Below, piece by piece: positions 23,001 through 36,400 of a DNA stretch of 46,726 nt. The notes below the pieces were generated by a model that saw only the letters and a program-made list of their open reading frames with translations, was not told the origin of the DNA and ran no database searches. The DNA is from Catajapyx aquilonaris (Eukaryota): NCBI GenBank assembly GCA_000934665.2, contig JYFJ02003096.1:1-46726 (forward strand), given 5' to 3'. The translations under genes were made by a program, and so were the position numbers. Position 1 is the first letter of the stretch; each line of letters starts with the position of its first letter.

Positions 23001-25078
23001 AAAGACTGCATATAATTTGTAATAAAAAAATTTTAATCTGATATTATTCTCATCGAGACCAGGCAACCATTGTTCCCTCAACTCTCTAGCTTATACACTT
23101 TTGATATGGCAACCTTCGAGACTTTAATGGCTAATTACGCCTCCAACTGTTAATGGGATAATAAATTGTACCCGGAGCAACTGGAGGCCATCTTGAGCAG
23201 AAGGGAAGATGAAGCCGTAGGATACACAACTGGCTGAGGGGGGAATCACTTCCGTTTGCAGCATTCAAGCAGAGCTGGATTCGTGCCCACGTATAATAAC
23301 CCAACTCAAATCATTAATATGCAGATTAAGTCGGAGAAAGTATGCAGAGTGAAGCTCGAATATTGAGTCAGTTCTGACTCACACTGTACTGCGAGATAGG
23401 ACGAGAAGAAATATATATATTTGGGCTTGTCTTTTCATTAGGGAAATATTTGCGGACTTTCTAGGTGGGCGATAAATTACGGGGCATTGTTTCAAATTTC
23501 GGAGTTGTCTCGGCAAAACGTGCTCGCCATGGTAGTGGTGTCCCAAAATTTGCCCAAAAGGCCCGGGCCAAGAAATACCATGCCGTTTTACCATCCCCAA
23601 GCCCTGAACAACCTAAATTAACTAGGGCTTAATGTCCCATAATTTGATTTTTTTTCTCCCCCTAATCGCAAACAGCCCTAACCCGCGCTTTAGTTTAATC
23701 CGTACGTAAGAGAAAGCCTGATGCTCACTTTTAAAACTTTGTACGTTGTAAACGAGAAGCGTAAATGCAGCAATGCAGTGTGTACTTTATCGTCCAATTT
23801 GTCACGCCAGACCACTTGCAGAACCTAATTTGCCTAAAGGGGCAACAAGTTTGATCCTCTAACCGTCTAACGTATGGGACCATCCTAAGTAAATCAGAGG
23901 TGTATGAGTGAATTATTATGCAAAGAGCTTCGCATCTATGAATTTAATACAAGCCTTCAGTAATGTATTTTATGACCAAAGTTCACAGGAAATGTATGGT
24001 TATTACCGGTACTAATGTCAGTCAAAAAAAACACAACCTAAATAAGGCTTTTAATTGCCCGTTCATGACAAGTGGCTGTTATTGATGGCAATTATTTGGG
24101 GGGGGGGGGGTCCCTCAATTTTATTGTATTTTTCCAGGAATCACATTTTTTAACTATAGCAATAAATTACCTGCAAAATCGTTGCAGGATCATTTTAGCA
24201 CATGTGGTCGGAATTTAGCAACTAATCGGTCTCCAGTTTCTTCGATGCTTCATAAGTGAATGTTATTTTTTGTAATCTGTTTACCATCGGATCTGTTAGT
24301 TGCAGTATGAGCAGAGAGGCCTCAGTGCTGGAGTGTCCTTGAATTACACGGTACTAGAGGCCAAGCAGTGTTATGAAGAGGCTAACTGCTCGTGTAGTAA
24401 CGTAATGCACCGAGGAATAAAACAGGATCGACCGCACGTTGTCTGTCAGTTATTACAACTTTCCGACATTTCAAGGCAATCCGGGCGTTATGTGATGTGT
24501 GTCCTAGTTTTCCAGCCACCGATAGCAAGTTCAACCAGCCACAAGTTGGCCAATTTGTCAAAATGGATGAATTATAATCCTGGCCTTTTACAACAAGGTG
24601 TTGCTAATGATTAAATTTGCATATTCTGATTGTTTAAAGGTTACCCCGGCCATACTGTTAAAGCAGAAAGGCAAGGGTGTGGTATGAATATGATTGTTGC
24701 AGAATATTTTCGTCTCCCATGCCGGCAGGGTTTTCGCAAAAGGTTATGCCCTCGCATGCGAACGTCTCTCGTTCACTTTTACCCGACGCCCCGAAGTTCA
24801 TGTTGCACAAACTCGTAAAGTTACGTCCCAGCAATCTCTCAACGTCTTTTGCTCGACGAAACACGACACTTCCATATCGGATACGACATTTTTTTTTTAT
24901 TTTACAGCCACCTGGCTCCCATTTTCTCCGGACTTATTCTTTTTTTATTATTCCCACCCATATAACCCTTGGGTCAAAGGCATTTCATGTGATTTTTTAT
25001 ATACGTCTGATGCATGCAAGTCTTTGCCAATTGTCACCAATTTTTTTTTTTTTTTTTGCTAGGAACACTTCTACTTAC

Positions 25079-25094
25079 AGCTGTCTTCCTCCAT
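25079..25094 (-). CDS. Dys: Candidate dystrophin first coding exon B (MEEDS-Y)
   Basis: AAAG ATG GAG GAA GAC AGC T|gtaagt: consensus donor, phase 1, giving [16 protein letters not shown]. Confidence 0.6.
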
Positions 25095-25996
25095 CTTTCG
25101 TATCCTGTTTCCTCCTCTGGTGTTGTGTGTCAACTATAAGGTTGGCAACCCAGTCGTATTTTGCACTGCTTCATTGCACGTGTTTTTTTGCCAGCTCTGG
25201 CCTTGCAAAAAGTGAGGGATACCAATCGCACAAGCTTCAGTTCTATCTACAGGGTGTGTCTGAAAGTTCCGCAACAAACCGTGAATTTTCCACTGACAAA
25301 AATTCTGCAAACACACAATTGAATAACCGCACTTTGTGTGTGAGACACACCTTAGAGAGAACCGCAAGCTAAACGACATGAACGTGGAACAATCCAAGGC
25401 TATCTCCTCTCGCCCACGCCACGTCCGGCAACAGGGTGTAACTAAGACATGTGTCTTATCTCCCCTCTTAAGTTGCCAATGGGGGCAAAGTATATCTGTT
25501 TTTCCAAGTTCCAACCCGGTTCACATTACACGTGCCAATAACCCCCACCAGTTCTATATCTCTCGAGGGGTAGCCACAATGTGCCTAAATAGTGGCATCC
25601 CAATTACAGAGAGGGGGGCGACTATATTAATTGATTTTGGTGGATTGCAGTGAGGTTGAACCCAGGGCCTTACCACAGATCCAGGGGATGCCAAATTGGG
25701 GGAGGGCCTAACCCAATCAGAGCGGACTGATTCGATTTGAAACCATGGAAAAAAGCAACCGCAGGGGAGCTAGGGCGCGAGAATCCCTCAGATGGACCTC
25801 CTAAACTAAATACTATTAAACCCTGCAATGAATGGGGACTACCCCAATATTGATGGATGTGGACCAGAAATTAGGGTGTCCCCAGCCCCCTCAGTCCTTG
25901 GAGATTTATGCATTAATTTCAGGATGGGGACCGGGTACGTGTTACATCGGGACTTGTAATTATGAGGCGCCCCAGTTGAGTGATACGTAAACCCAG

Positions 25997-26072
25997 GGCG
26001 GGCCTGGGTTAATTAACGCGGATGTCGAGATTGGCATCGCAACCCCCGGAAGAAGTTCATCATCAGCTGCTG
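25997..26072 (+). CDS. Possible upstream exon of the plus-strand gene (GGPGLINADVEIGIATPGRSSSSAA), phase 0->1
   Basis: acccag|GGC...CTG|gtatgt; only one frame is open across it and its phase-1 end fits the 28307 exon; acceptor has a weak pyrimidine tract. Confidence 0.3.
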
Positions 26073-26222
26073 GTATGTGCTGCCAATCTGATAAAGCGAA
26101 TTATTCCCTTTGTCACCCGCCCGGAATGCAGATCAGATCATGTCGACGCTTTGCCAGAGCACACTATGAACTACTCGGGAGATTTTTCCTTTAAAAAATA
26201 TTTTAAAAAATATTGCACTTAC

Positions 26223-26378
26223 ATTTGATGTCCCTGATCCGCTTGTCGAATCCGCTCTCCTTGTCGTCCTTTTCTTCATCTTTCTTCTTTTTGGTTGCAC
26301 CTCCTCGTTGTCTTCCGTACATCTTGCGGGGGTATGTCTCCGCTCCTTCTAGCTCATCCTTCCGATCCGATCGGCGAC
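26223..26378 (-). CDS. Dys: Candidate dystrophin 5' exon C (RRSDRKDELEGAETYPRKMYGRQRGGATKKKKDEEKDDKESGFDKRIRDIK-Y), phase 1/1
   Basis: Strong acceptor tttttgtttcag|GT and consensus donor AAAT|gtaagt; 156 nt open frame, in frame with the [10 protein letters not shown] exon. Confidence 0.7.
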
Positions 26379-27201
26379 CTGAAACAAAAACGGAAATTGT
26401 TCCGTGAATAACCGAACCTACTTAACCAACAGAGACTGGAGGGGGGGGGTCAATGGCCCGCCTCCAAATTATTCGTACTTGCTCCTCTTTGGACAACCGG
26501 CCAAGTTACACATCTCTGTTTCGATTTTTGTTTTTTTTTTCGAGTCTCGCCGCCCCAGCAGCTTACAGTTGGACCTGCACAAAAGTGCGAAATGTTTGCC
26601 AAGTTGGTGAACGCGGGCTAATTCGGCTTGTCACATGGCCAAACCCAGCAAAATACTCCCAAAGGCCACGCAAAACTTGTCGCAACAGAGCATGCAAAAA
26701 TATACTCTCTTGTAAAATCTTGGACTGCGTTGTTGCAGAGTCGACATTTTGCCAAAAAATTTTGACGAGCAGAATAACTCGACAAACAAATTTTTTTCTT
26801 TGCTTTTTGTCTTTTTTTATTTTTTATTTTTTTCAACTATAGTAGACAACAGTGGCCACTTGGGCCACCTGTTGAAGGCTCAGCCAACGAGCCTACTACA
26901 CACGCTCAATGTATTCAGCAGCCGCCATCTGTCGGAATATACCACTCGTTACTCTCAACATTAGGTTCACGCACGGGTTCACGATTGGACGAATATTGTC
27001 ACATGGCTGCCAAAATTTCAGAAAACTGTGACGTAGGGGACCACAAATTCGATCAATTTTATCACATTTTCGTTAATATTCATTAATTCATTTTTTTCTA
27101 TTTCATTAGCCATTTGCCCACATATTCTTATTAACGCTTATACAAGTACTTGTATAATTATTCTCATTCATATTTTTGTGAAATATTTGTTGCCAATTAT
27201 A

Positions 27202-27985
27202 CAGGATGGTACTGGGTTTCTCAGAGAAAAGTTGGAGAAATTAGTTATCGATTGTTTACCCCCCAGCAAGCCAGTAATAAACCAAGCAAGTGAATGGGCG
27301 AATTGTCGGGCTTACTTTTAATCAAGTTGCTGGGCTTCGGCAATGCACCACCCTGTACACATGCACTTTTTACACTCCATCACTTGTAATTAACTTAATT
27401 AAGTCGTGACGTGCAAGGTTATTGCAAGCGAAATAATTACATTCCGGAACATGTGGAGGCGTACAGACGTCATTCTGTGTAGGCCTATCACACGTCAACA
27501 GGATGCAGTCTGGCATAAATATAGGTAGTGCTTGTGTTGAATGTAAAATACATCCTATTATTTAAAATATAATATATAATTTTTATTGGAAATTGTTTAA
27601 AAATTAATATATAACATGCGAGCCTCTGGCAACAGAAGCTCAGCAGCAATGAGCCTTTAAAAATAGCCAATAAAATTGAACTTGGCTTGCCCTGAAATCA
27701 GACTCCTCTTATTTGCTTTTCGCCACCAAAACTGCGCCAATTTCTCGGCAAAAAAAACAGTCTGGCAACGTAATAAATGTCCCCGGTAGTACGAGCGACA
27801 TTAAAGTTTGACAAAAAGTGTTCGGATTATACGGTTCGGGGCTGTGTGGTGCTGACCATTGCAATAAACCAGTTGCAATAAACCTCGAGAGGGGAGAATA
27901 CCGCACCCATTTATTAGCAGACATTAACTACGGTATATACAGTGATGTGCATTGCACAGTTCAAGAGTACTACAGTACCACCCTG
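27202..27985. mobile_element. Possible Tc1/mariner-type non-autonomous element
   Basis: TA-caggatggtactg ... cagtaccaccctg-TA: 13-bp TIR with 1 mismatch and TA on both sides; no transposase ORF inside. Confidence 0.4.
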
Positions 27986-28306
27986 TACACACACTTGGCG
28001 CCGAAATATGAGCCAATAAATTCCGCGACATATCCGTTTGCGCAATCGTAAAATTCGCCCATTTCCTCTTAGATTCCTGTTTCCCCCTCTCCTCCTAAAA
28101 ATAGAGCTAGAAGAGTGAGTCGGGGAATTGTGTCAGTATCTTCATTCCCTCAGGAGACATCCCGGGTCCCGTTTGGTCGCCTGAGGGACTCGCGTGACGT
28201 GACGCGAATCACGCGAAACAAGAATGAAATCTATCCCTGTACCCGCAGGGTCTGGCTCATCTCCAGTTGTTTTGAAATTTTTATTTTTATTTTTTTTCCT
28301 CTCTAG

Positions 28307-29267
28307 CTCTCCCTCCTCTCCATTCTGACCTTACGTTTGATACCAATGTCAGACTGAACCCAGAGACTATAAACACAGATGGCGACTGGAGGCAGCAGGA
28401 GAGAGAGGATGCTTTCCGCCTCATTGACGAACAGACAAAGACAAACAGCCTGGACGTGATGCTGACCACTTGCCAAGTACACCTTTGTTAACAAGTGTTG
28501 CGCCCCAGCAAAAAAAAACACGGAGTTTGTTTGTTTTAAAAAAATCTACCTGTCTAGTTCATTCCCTATACTGGCACCGAGAGACTATCTCTGATCTTCA
28601 AACGCCTGTCACACGTGCTCTGGAATTTTTAGAAGTTATCATCCGCGTGAAGCACGCACGCCTGGTGCTGTCAACAATAAAGCCTTTTTTTCACCGACGC
28701 ATTATTTCTGGGGCATGCAGTGGTTTTTTTTAAAGGTTCTTCACCTAATTGAATTCCACTGCGGATCACTGCCAATGTTGATCCAGAAATTCTGGATAAG
28801 GTGATGTCTGGATACATTTGCATCAAAATATTCAAGGTCCTACACCGATTAAAATGTGTAATGTTATGCTTTTTCACTTATTGTAATTTGGTAAATATTT
28901 TACCACTCTCTAGTGTTTTTGTCCACTCTCACTGTTCCTTCACTTACGAATTTTCTCCCAAGATATTTAGCGGTTACTGTTAGGCAAACGCTGACTGCAT
29001 TTCAGGTATGCCCAACCAGCCTGCACTGTACATATCCGCAATAAATAGTCAGTCTAACTATCTGCATAATTGTGTGACAAGTGCAGCTTAATTCCGGAAC
29101 CGGAATTTCTCATCAGCAGAGTTGTCCTCTGCTCCCTGCTCTATTTTATCAACATCCTCTACATCTACGGCATGGTGCGTCTATTTAACTTCCTCAAGAT
29201 GCATAAATTGGTCTACCTGCGAAAGCTATCGGGAAGAAGAAGAAAAAGTGCAGCCCACCCTCTGTGA
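28307..29267 (+). CDS. Putative spliced gene, 3' exons 28307-28476, 28736-28800, 29117-29267; unidentified protein with a C-terminal hydrophobic helix and basic tail
   Basis: Acceptors tttttttcctctctag|, tttttttttaaag|, tttctcatcag|; donors CAA|gtacac, AG|gtgatg; phases 1->0, 0->2, 2->stop join into one frame ending RVVLCSLLYFINILYIYGMVRLFNFLKMHKLVYLRKLSGRRRKSAAHPL*; AATAAA at 29502. Confidence 0.55.
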
Positions 29268-30453
29268 TCAGCGTCTTAATTTCCGTTCGGAGATCGATCT
29301 GAGGAAGTTGGGGTTCCACGCAGAAAACACGATAAAACTTACTCTCTTAGCAGTGGATGGGGCCATGCTGTAACACTTTATAACTGCTCTGGCAGACGAA
29401 AAAGATGCCGACTCGTGTGCTTCGCCATTAGTCGTAAAACAGGCATTAATCTAGCATGAAGGTCAAGGGAAAGAATACGAGAAAAAGAAGGGTCCGAAGG
29501 AAATAAAAAAAAGAAGAGGCATAAAAACTTTTTGGTTGTAATCTGACTAGCTGAGACTTTCTCTCAGTACGTAATTCAACAGCATACTCCTATTAATTTC
29601 TGGCTGACCTTCGCTACCAACCGAGGCCGTAAGCTCATGAGAAAAAATTAAATAATATTTTTTTATTGATCGAGAAAAAAATGTCTGGCAGTATATTTTT
29701 ACACGAGGCCATGTGTTGCACATTCGATTACAAAAACAGCCCAAAGAAAATGACACACTTATTCATGCGTATATGTACTGTTGTTTAATTTCAGATTTTC
29801 ATTGTCGTGGCTGGCAGCATATTGATCAGAAATGTTACATTTTGTGTACCTAACATGGCATGGGCACGAGCTGTCAACAAAAGGAAGCTGATAAGCTGTG
29901 TGTACAGATCAGATCTCGCCCTGGTAACCAGTTTGCACTCATTGTCCATTGTTCCGTGTCCAAAATTAACCACAAGGAGACACCCCCATCTACACGTGAA
30001 AGTGTGTCGACACCCATTATCCTGCCTTTTCCTTCTTTCAAGAAAATTACAACCAACTGAACCATATCGCAATTTTTATCTGCGGCCCTAAACTCCACCC
30101 CCACATCTTGGCTTCAATTAATTTCAAAGGCGGTCCAAATTATGCGGTATCACCTCGCAAAATAGGGCCGGTCCTTGGTGTGAGGCTTGCTCCAAATAGC
30201 TGGAGGCATATACGGACAAGGAACCCGTCTCCATTATTCACGATTTACTGGCCGTGGAACACTCCCCTTCTTCCTTCCTCTTAACTCTGGCAATCAGCAT
30301 CCATGATGGAAGGAGAGGGGGGAAGAAGAGACGAGTGGGGGAGAAACTCACTCTCTCAACTTTTCATATATGTGCCCTTCTCAATAATAGGGCCAAAAGA
30401 TGCTGCCACGTTTGTTGGGAAACACAGATGCTCCGTAGTGTCAAAAGAGAAAA

Positions 30454-30477
30454 TGGAGGAGGAGGAGGAGGAGGAGG
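30454..30477. repeat. (GGA)n microsatellite
   Basis: Direct reading. Confidence 0.85.
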
Positions 30478-33400
30478 GAGAGAGAATCGCTTCGGGCACA
30501 GGGTTAATATTGTCTCAGCCCCTCTGCTATTGTCGACAGAAAGTTTGGGATTCGCTCAGTCTTCGAATTGGATTTCATTTAAGAGGAGGTGGAACAGACC
30601 CAACAGACTCCTTCAAAATCACGACAAATTTTGCGTGAAAAATTGGCAGTGAGAGTGGAGCCAAAATGCAGAAAAGGTTGTTTACCGCAGATGGGGCTTA
30701 TGCATTTTTAGGGACATCCCAGAGTCCGAAATTAGGCAACGTTGGATGCTTATTACGTGTTATTCCAAATTAAGAGGGAGGGTCAGAGGATGACACTTTT
30801 TATTAAAGATTCAAACTTGTGCGTTTATATACAGTGCTGCCTGTACAGTGCTATGCGGTGCAGGAAGCATCCGAATGGACCTAAGGGCTTCCTTGTCAGA
30901 ACAAGAGCTGCAAAACAAGCGTGTTATTGTCCACTATTCACAAAACTTTGCACTTCCAGCATGAAAGGGCCTTTTGCTGCTTACATTGTATAGGAGTTTC
31001 ACCACGATTAAGACAAACTTGTAGCGTGCAGAGTTACTGAGATAATTAGCATTAACCAGAGAACGTTCCATCTCGTATGTCCTACTGAAGATAATTGCAA
31101 GAATTAAAATTACATGACTATTTTAAACGAAAAGCAGATGTTGCACGGAGGGATGCATACCCGCCAGGATATTGCCTTAGGTAACGAGGATTCGGATTCC
31201 AGTAAGGTAATTTCTATGCAAAAAGAGTCGGTTTAAAAGCTGCACTACAGCTTTAGTGTATCCTTAACATTAAGGAAAGGTAGCGCACTGGCTATATAAT
31301 CCGGTCTGCTCTCTCTCTCTCTCTGTATAAATCCCGGGGCCGTTTGCAAATTGCTTCCCTGCAGGGGTTAAACACGTTAAAATTGATCCTTGCAATTAGC
31401 TAGGCATTTATGCACGACAGAACCACGCGTAATGTTAATCCCATGTAACTGGTCCACTTGTGCATAAGCATCTCCAATATGTTATGCTGTGGTTGTTGTC
31501 ACAACAACCGGATAGAGACAGCAACCTAGTAAACACAATGCAGGATCGGATTGTATACTACAAGTACATGAAGCTTCAGAGTGACCAAAAAGCCATCAAA
31601 AAGTAGTCGTTATATATTGGTACTCAACTTCAAATAAATCTCGACGTGCTATTACGAAATAGAAATTGTTGATGCGCATCTCAAGTATTTTGCCATATGA
31701 TTAACTACATAAACAATCAGAAGCTACGAAATAAATTCGTTCAACAACCCGGTGGGTTATCAAATATTGCAAACTATATGCTGGAAGTAAAATTTATGTG
31801 ATTTCAGTAAATAATACGAATTGACTTGTTAGTAAAATCCAGCATATTTACCAACATGATGAAAAATCCCCGGCATGATTTGACGTGGCTTTGCACAGTT
31901 TACAGGATGGTGCACCGTAATAAAAATTCGTTTATTTTCTGCGCGAATAGAGCCAGCGATAATAATTAGACAATCGGTTGAAGACTGCGTAATGGCTGCA
32001 AATAATTCAGTTGGATCAGACAGGATTCCGAGGGATTTAAGTCTAATTTAATTAAAAACGTACACGGGAGCTGTTGCTGCTTCTCCCCCGTCCCATTACC
32101 GTCAATAATCATTTTGTGGGGAGGGCCAGACGCAGAGCAGGGTTGATCTCAAAATAAAATGTCAACAATCCTCTCTGCGGCCCTGCCTGACTCCCTGCAG
32201 GCAACGGCAGTCAGGCAGCAATTTTGGCAAAGTCTCGACACCGGGATTTGCATTCAAGTGGGCCTCGGAAGTTCCCTAACCCATCGCAAGTTGATGGCCA
32301 CTCGTATAGACCCCTGAATAGGACTCATTCAAGGGCTATAGCAGTGTCTGTGCGGCCTGCTGGAGGGCTTACTGGTACCCATCAAGATAGTCACAGCTTC
32401 AATGCAAGGTGGTCCAACAAGAATAGTTACCAGAGTACATAACATAAGGGGCTAAATGGAGAAAAAAGCAACTCGGAACGAAAGGAGGCCCAGCAAAAAT
32501 CTCCAGAGAAATTGCGAGCAGACTGTGAGAAAATCCAAGGGCATATCCAGCAGACCCTTTCTAAGCAGAGTCTAAATTCTCCCTTTTTGTTGTCCGTTCC
32601 AGTCTGAGAGCCGTCATGCAAGTAATTAGCCCTCCCAAAAAACCCCTCCCTCTCGACAGCCCTCAATCTTGGCTTCTGCTGATGCTTCAAACATCTCTCG
32701 CCTTCCTTCCTCTCTACTCCGCCCCTGGAGCTGTTGAGCTCTCCAAATAATCTGGCTGAATTCATCCACCTGCAGTTCTTCAAGCAATCACATCCGGATG
32801 CCAATCTTTCTCCTAAAAAGGCTTATTCTCTCCGTCGGATGTTTGTCCGACCTGATAGTACCGCTATCTCTCGCCCACTTGATGGTGGCAGGAGTGTGCA
32901 GAGGGAGTACGCGCCATCTATGCGCGAAGAATATTACTACTTGGAGAATCGGGGGTCATCCTATTACAGTTGTTTCGTTGTTAAGGTTTTGCCAAATTTT
33001 GGCAACGGGTTCACTAGTTTTTAGAGAAGAAATTTCTCTCTCTCTCCCCCTGTAAAGTGCCCAACTCAGACCAACAACTATAGGTGCTGGAACTAAATGG
33101 GGGGGCCGTTCGCCCCCCCCCCCTACTTTTGAGTCCCAGAGTTTCTGTGCGGATAGCCTTAAAACAACGTATTGCGGGCCAAAGACCCAAGGGTATTTCG
33201 ACTTGAGGCTCATTAGCAGGCAGAACAGCCCAGTGTAAAACGTACCATTCGAGAGAGAGAGAGGGAGAGAGGGACTTTGAACAAGAGGCCCAGAGTTTTT
33301 GGACGTCCGGAAAGGGAGGCCCTTTTTTGAATGGTGACATATCAGCTTTCATGCCAACAGTGCTGGTCCCCGCCCTGACTACCAGTCAAAGAAAAACCGC

Positions 33401-36400
33401 CCCGAATTTTTTTTTTCAAACTCATTTCCCCTCAATTTTTTTTTTTTTTTTCGGAGTGTACAGGAGGGGGCGGACCGGATTGATAAATGTGGTGTGGCTG
33501 CCCATGATAAATGCCCTTCCAGCCAGTGCATGCCACGTTCATACATCTGGTTTTGGAAGCAGCACAATTGGGAAGCATCCGTCTCGAAAAATATATCGGT
33601 AATGAACTCACAATAACACCTATATTATCTCCAATCTGGAATAGTTCATTAAATTTGTGAGGCGGAAAAGTAGCGGTGCGGCTATAAATGTCATCTTCTT
33701 TCCTGGCTCGTGCGTTTTAATTTTGTCGCTTTAGACTGCGAAATTTAATTTAACGGAGCGTCCTTAATGGCCTTATCGTTATATCCGTGCTATAACGGGG
33801 CTGCGTTTTTTGTCCCCCCCTTTTCCCCTCTTTGCGCCCAGAGAGCGATAAACATTGAGTAAAAGAGCGCCATTCTAGTGGTAACATTCCACCGATTTTT
33901 ATCCAAGCTGGGTCAAAGGGAGGCTTGCATAATTATTTTACAAGCACGCATCATTAGGCACACAGGGTGATTCTGAATGTGAATTCAGATTAACTTGACC
34001 AAATATGAACGTGACTAAATGTGACGATGTCAACACTAGTGTGATTAATTTTGTTCATTTTCCGTGACTAGTCATCCTGTTTCTACGTGAACAGTTTCTG
34101 ATTGGCTCCTCCCAGCACCGGATGCTTTTTTTCTTTAACAGTTTATGCAAATATTGTGGGCACACCCTGTATACATATATACAGATAGGTTTCATCGCGT
34201 CCTAGTGGTTGCGGTTTGGAAAGGAATCCAGAGCAGTCAATCCCCGGAATAGCATATGAGGGCGGGCCCCTGCCCTCAGCACATTTCCAACACACCACAC
34301 ACACACACTCGGCATATGTGGCACGTCTCTTAATAATGCAGCAATGTTGGGAACACACGTTTCGAGCTCACATGTGGCCCGCACGTCTCACTTTCACGAT
34401 TGGAATATAAGGAAAAAAAGAAAAGAATGGAGCGGACGTGTCGAGAGCAATACGACTCAGGTGAATGCTATGCTTGCTCCAACTTCCTCATTTTCGAGTC
34501 TACTTGATGCATTCAAGTATGCTACATGTGTGGCCTCCACACGTCCGTGGCAGAGCTTCCTGATGTGTACAAGGTGGTTCGTAAGAAAATTGTAGAGCAG
34601 AGAAAAGCGCATTGTTATTCCTCTCGGTAAACATGGTTTATAACAATGAATAATGGCATTCGTCACACATACGGTGGGCTACATTTTAGCCCTACATTTT
34701 CTCCCGGTCAATTTTGGCATCTACTTACACTTAACTGTTTAATAACAAGCGCAGTGTCAATAAAATACAGGCACTTCCATATTGGAATAGACTGTACGTG
34801 CGCTAAAGGTACAACATCCTCTTTAGTTGAACTTTCGCACAGAATTAGATTCGCAAATAGCTTCCACCACGGGGCCTCTGTATCCGCTCTAAAAGTCAGA
34901 ATAAACTCTGCGAACGTGTCGGCAATATTTCCTCACCTTTCGCCAACAGATGAACCCCCCCAACAAGGAGGTAAAATGTTGACCAACTAATTACGGAACC
35001 GCGTCGCAATAATTTTTAACAGCCTATATGATGAAAGCGCGGACAAATATTTATGACGTGACCAAATATTAAAAAAATACTTGGCGAGAGCGCACGCCCC
35101 ATAAATTAAAACGCGCACATTATATTTTGTCCTCGGGCAATGGAGTTATTGTGACACCATGGCAATTATTTCCGGGGGAATATTTTCCTGATTGACGACC
35201 CCACAACAAAGGTATTGTGTTTTATAGGCTTTTGACATGTGGCTGGGGGTACTGATGGGAATGGTCTGTAATATAATCCCTTAATAAATGTTCAATGCCG
35301 ATAAATAATTACAGAAAGCGTTGCATTGTGGCCCGAATTCACATGAGGGGTCATGCAGTTAAAGAGATTTAAGAGTCATAAACGCGCCTTGCCCAAGTAA
35401 ACAAATCATACATCTTCCCCACCTTTTCTATGTACACACATGGACTAACATATTATTATGTTTTGACCAACGTTCAACCAGTTTAAACTCGGAAAAAATA
35501 GCATGTTGAATAATTATTTTCAGAATATTGCATCTTGCCCCTTTTTGCTATCCATGTGACAAAATATTTTCTGGCCGAGTGACAACATGAGGTACACATA
35601 GTCCCTGGTGACACGTGTGCTTCTGTGTAAATGACAGACTGGACAACAATATCGGCCCTCGTAACAGTTCGGGTCAGTGCCTTTATGAGGCTGCGGTCAG
35701 CCGCCTATAGTTTCATTCCACAACAATGCAGCACGCTCAGCATCAAAAAAATTATTGTCCACACGGGTCCAGTCCCTTGAAATTTAAAGCCGAACCTTCT
35801 GAAGTTGAACCAATTTCCATTTAGTACAAAAGCGTGTGTAAGTGTGCAAGCATACCAATTCCCCTTTTTGGAAAAGGGGCCCACCCAGAATAGCCATCGG
35901 AGAGAATCTCACTTCAACACTCCCCGGTGGCAAATGGCAAAGGAAACAAACCCGAGGCGATAAAGGATGAAGGGGCCCGTTAACAGCCCTGTGTTGACCT
36001 GAATTTATATAACCTCTCCGAAGTTGGGTCCCATGACACATGCCGGATTCTAAAAGAGACAATTAATCCAAGTGGGCCCCCCACCAAAAATAGATAGCAA
36101 TCTGTGTTGGTCCGGAGGAGAGTGCGCGTCAAAGCAGGGAGAGACAAATATATTGGGATTGTTTCCAAAATTGCATCATTGGCCTAAAAATAATGGCAAG
36201 TTTTTCCCACTGTGCAAGGCAATATGCCCACCCCCCATTTTATTATGTCAGTTTTCTCAAAGCTGGCTAAGGCTACGCGTGGCAGAATATTCTGGCATCC
36301 TTTTGTCCCAAGTCGCCATAACTCATGCCAAAAAGCATGTTAAGCCAGTTTTATTTACCTGTTATTTTTTCCTTTTCCTCCCTTAAACATTCCAAGCATG

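Noticed and set aside
23153..23216. MGYKLYPEQLEAILSRREDEA|gtagga as first exon of the antisense gene
   Set aside because: Phase-compatible, but the donor is weak and nothing else supports it.
24677..25372. 231-aa plus-strand ORF
   Set aside because: Phe-rich from poly-T tracts, non-ATG start; consistent with a chance frame in non-coding DNA.
32427..32804. 125-aa minus-strand ORF ending near a GTAACT donor
   Set aside because: The long frame meets the donor in phase 2, incompatible with the phase-1 dystrophin acceptors; no recognisable similarity.
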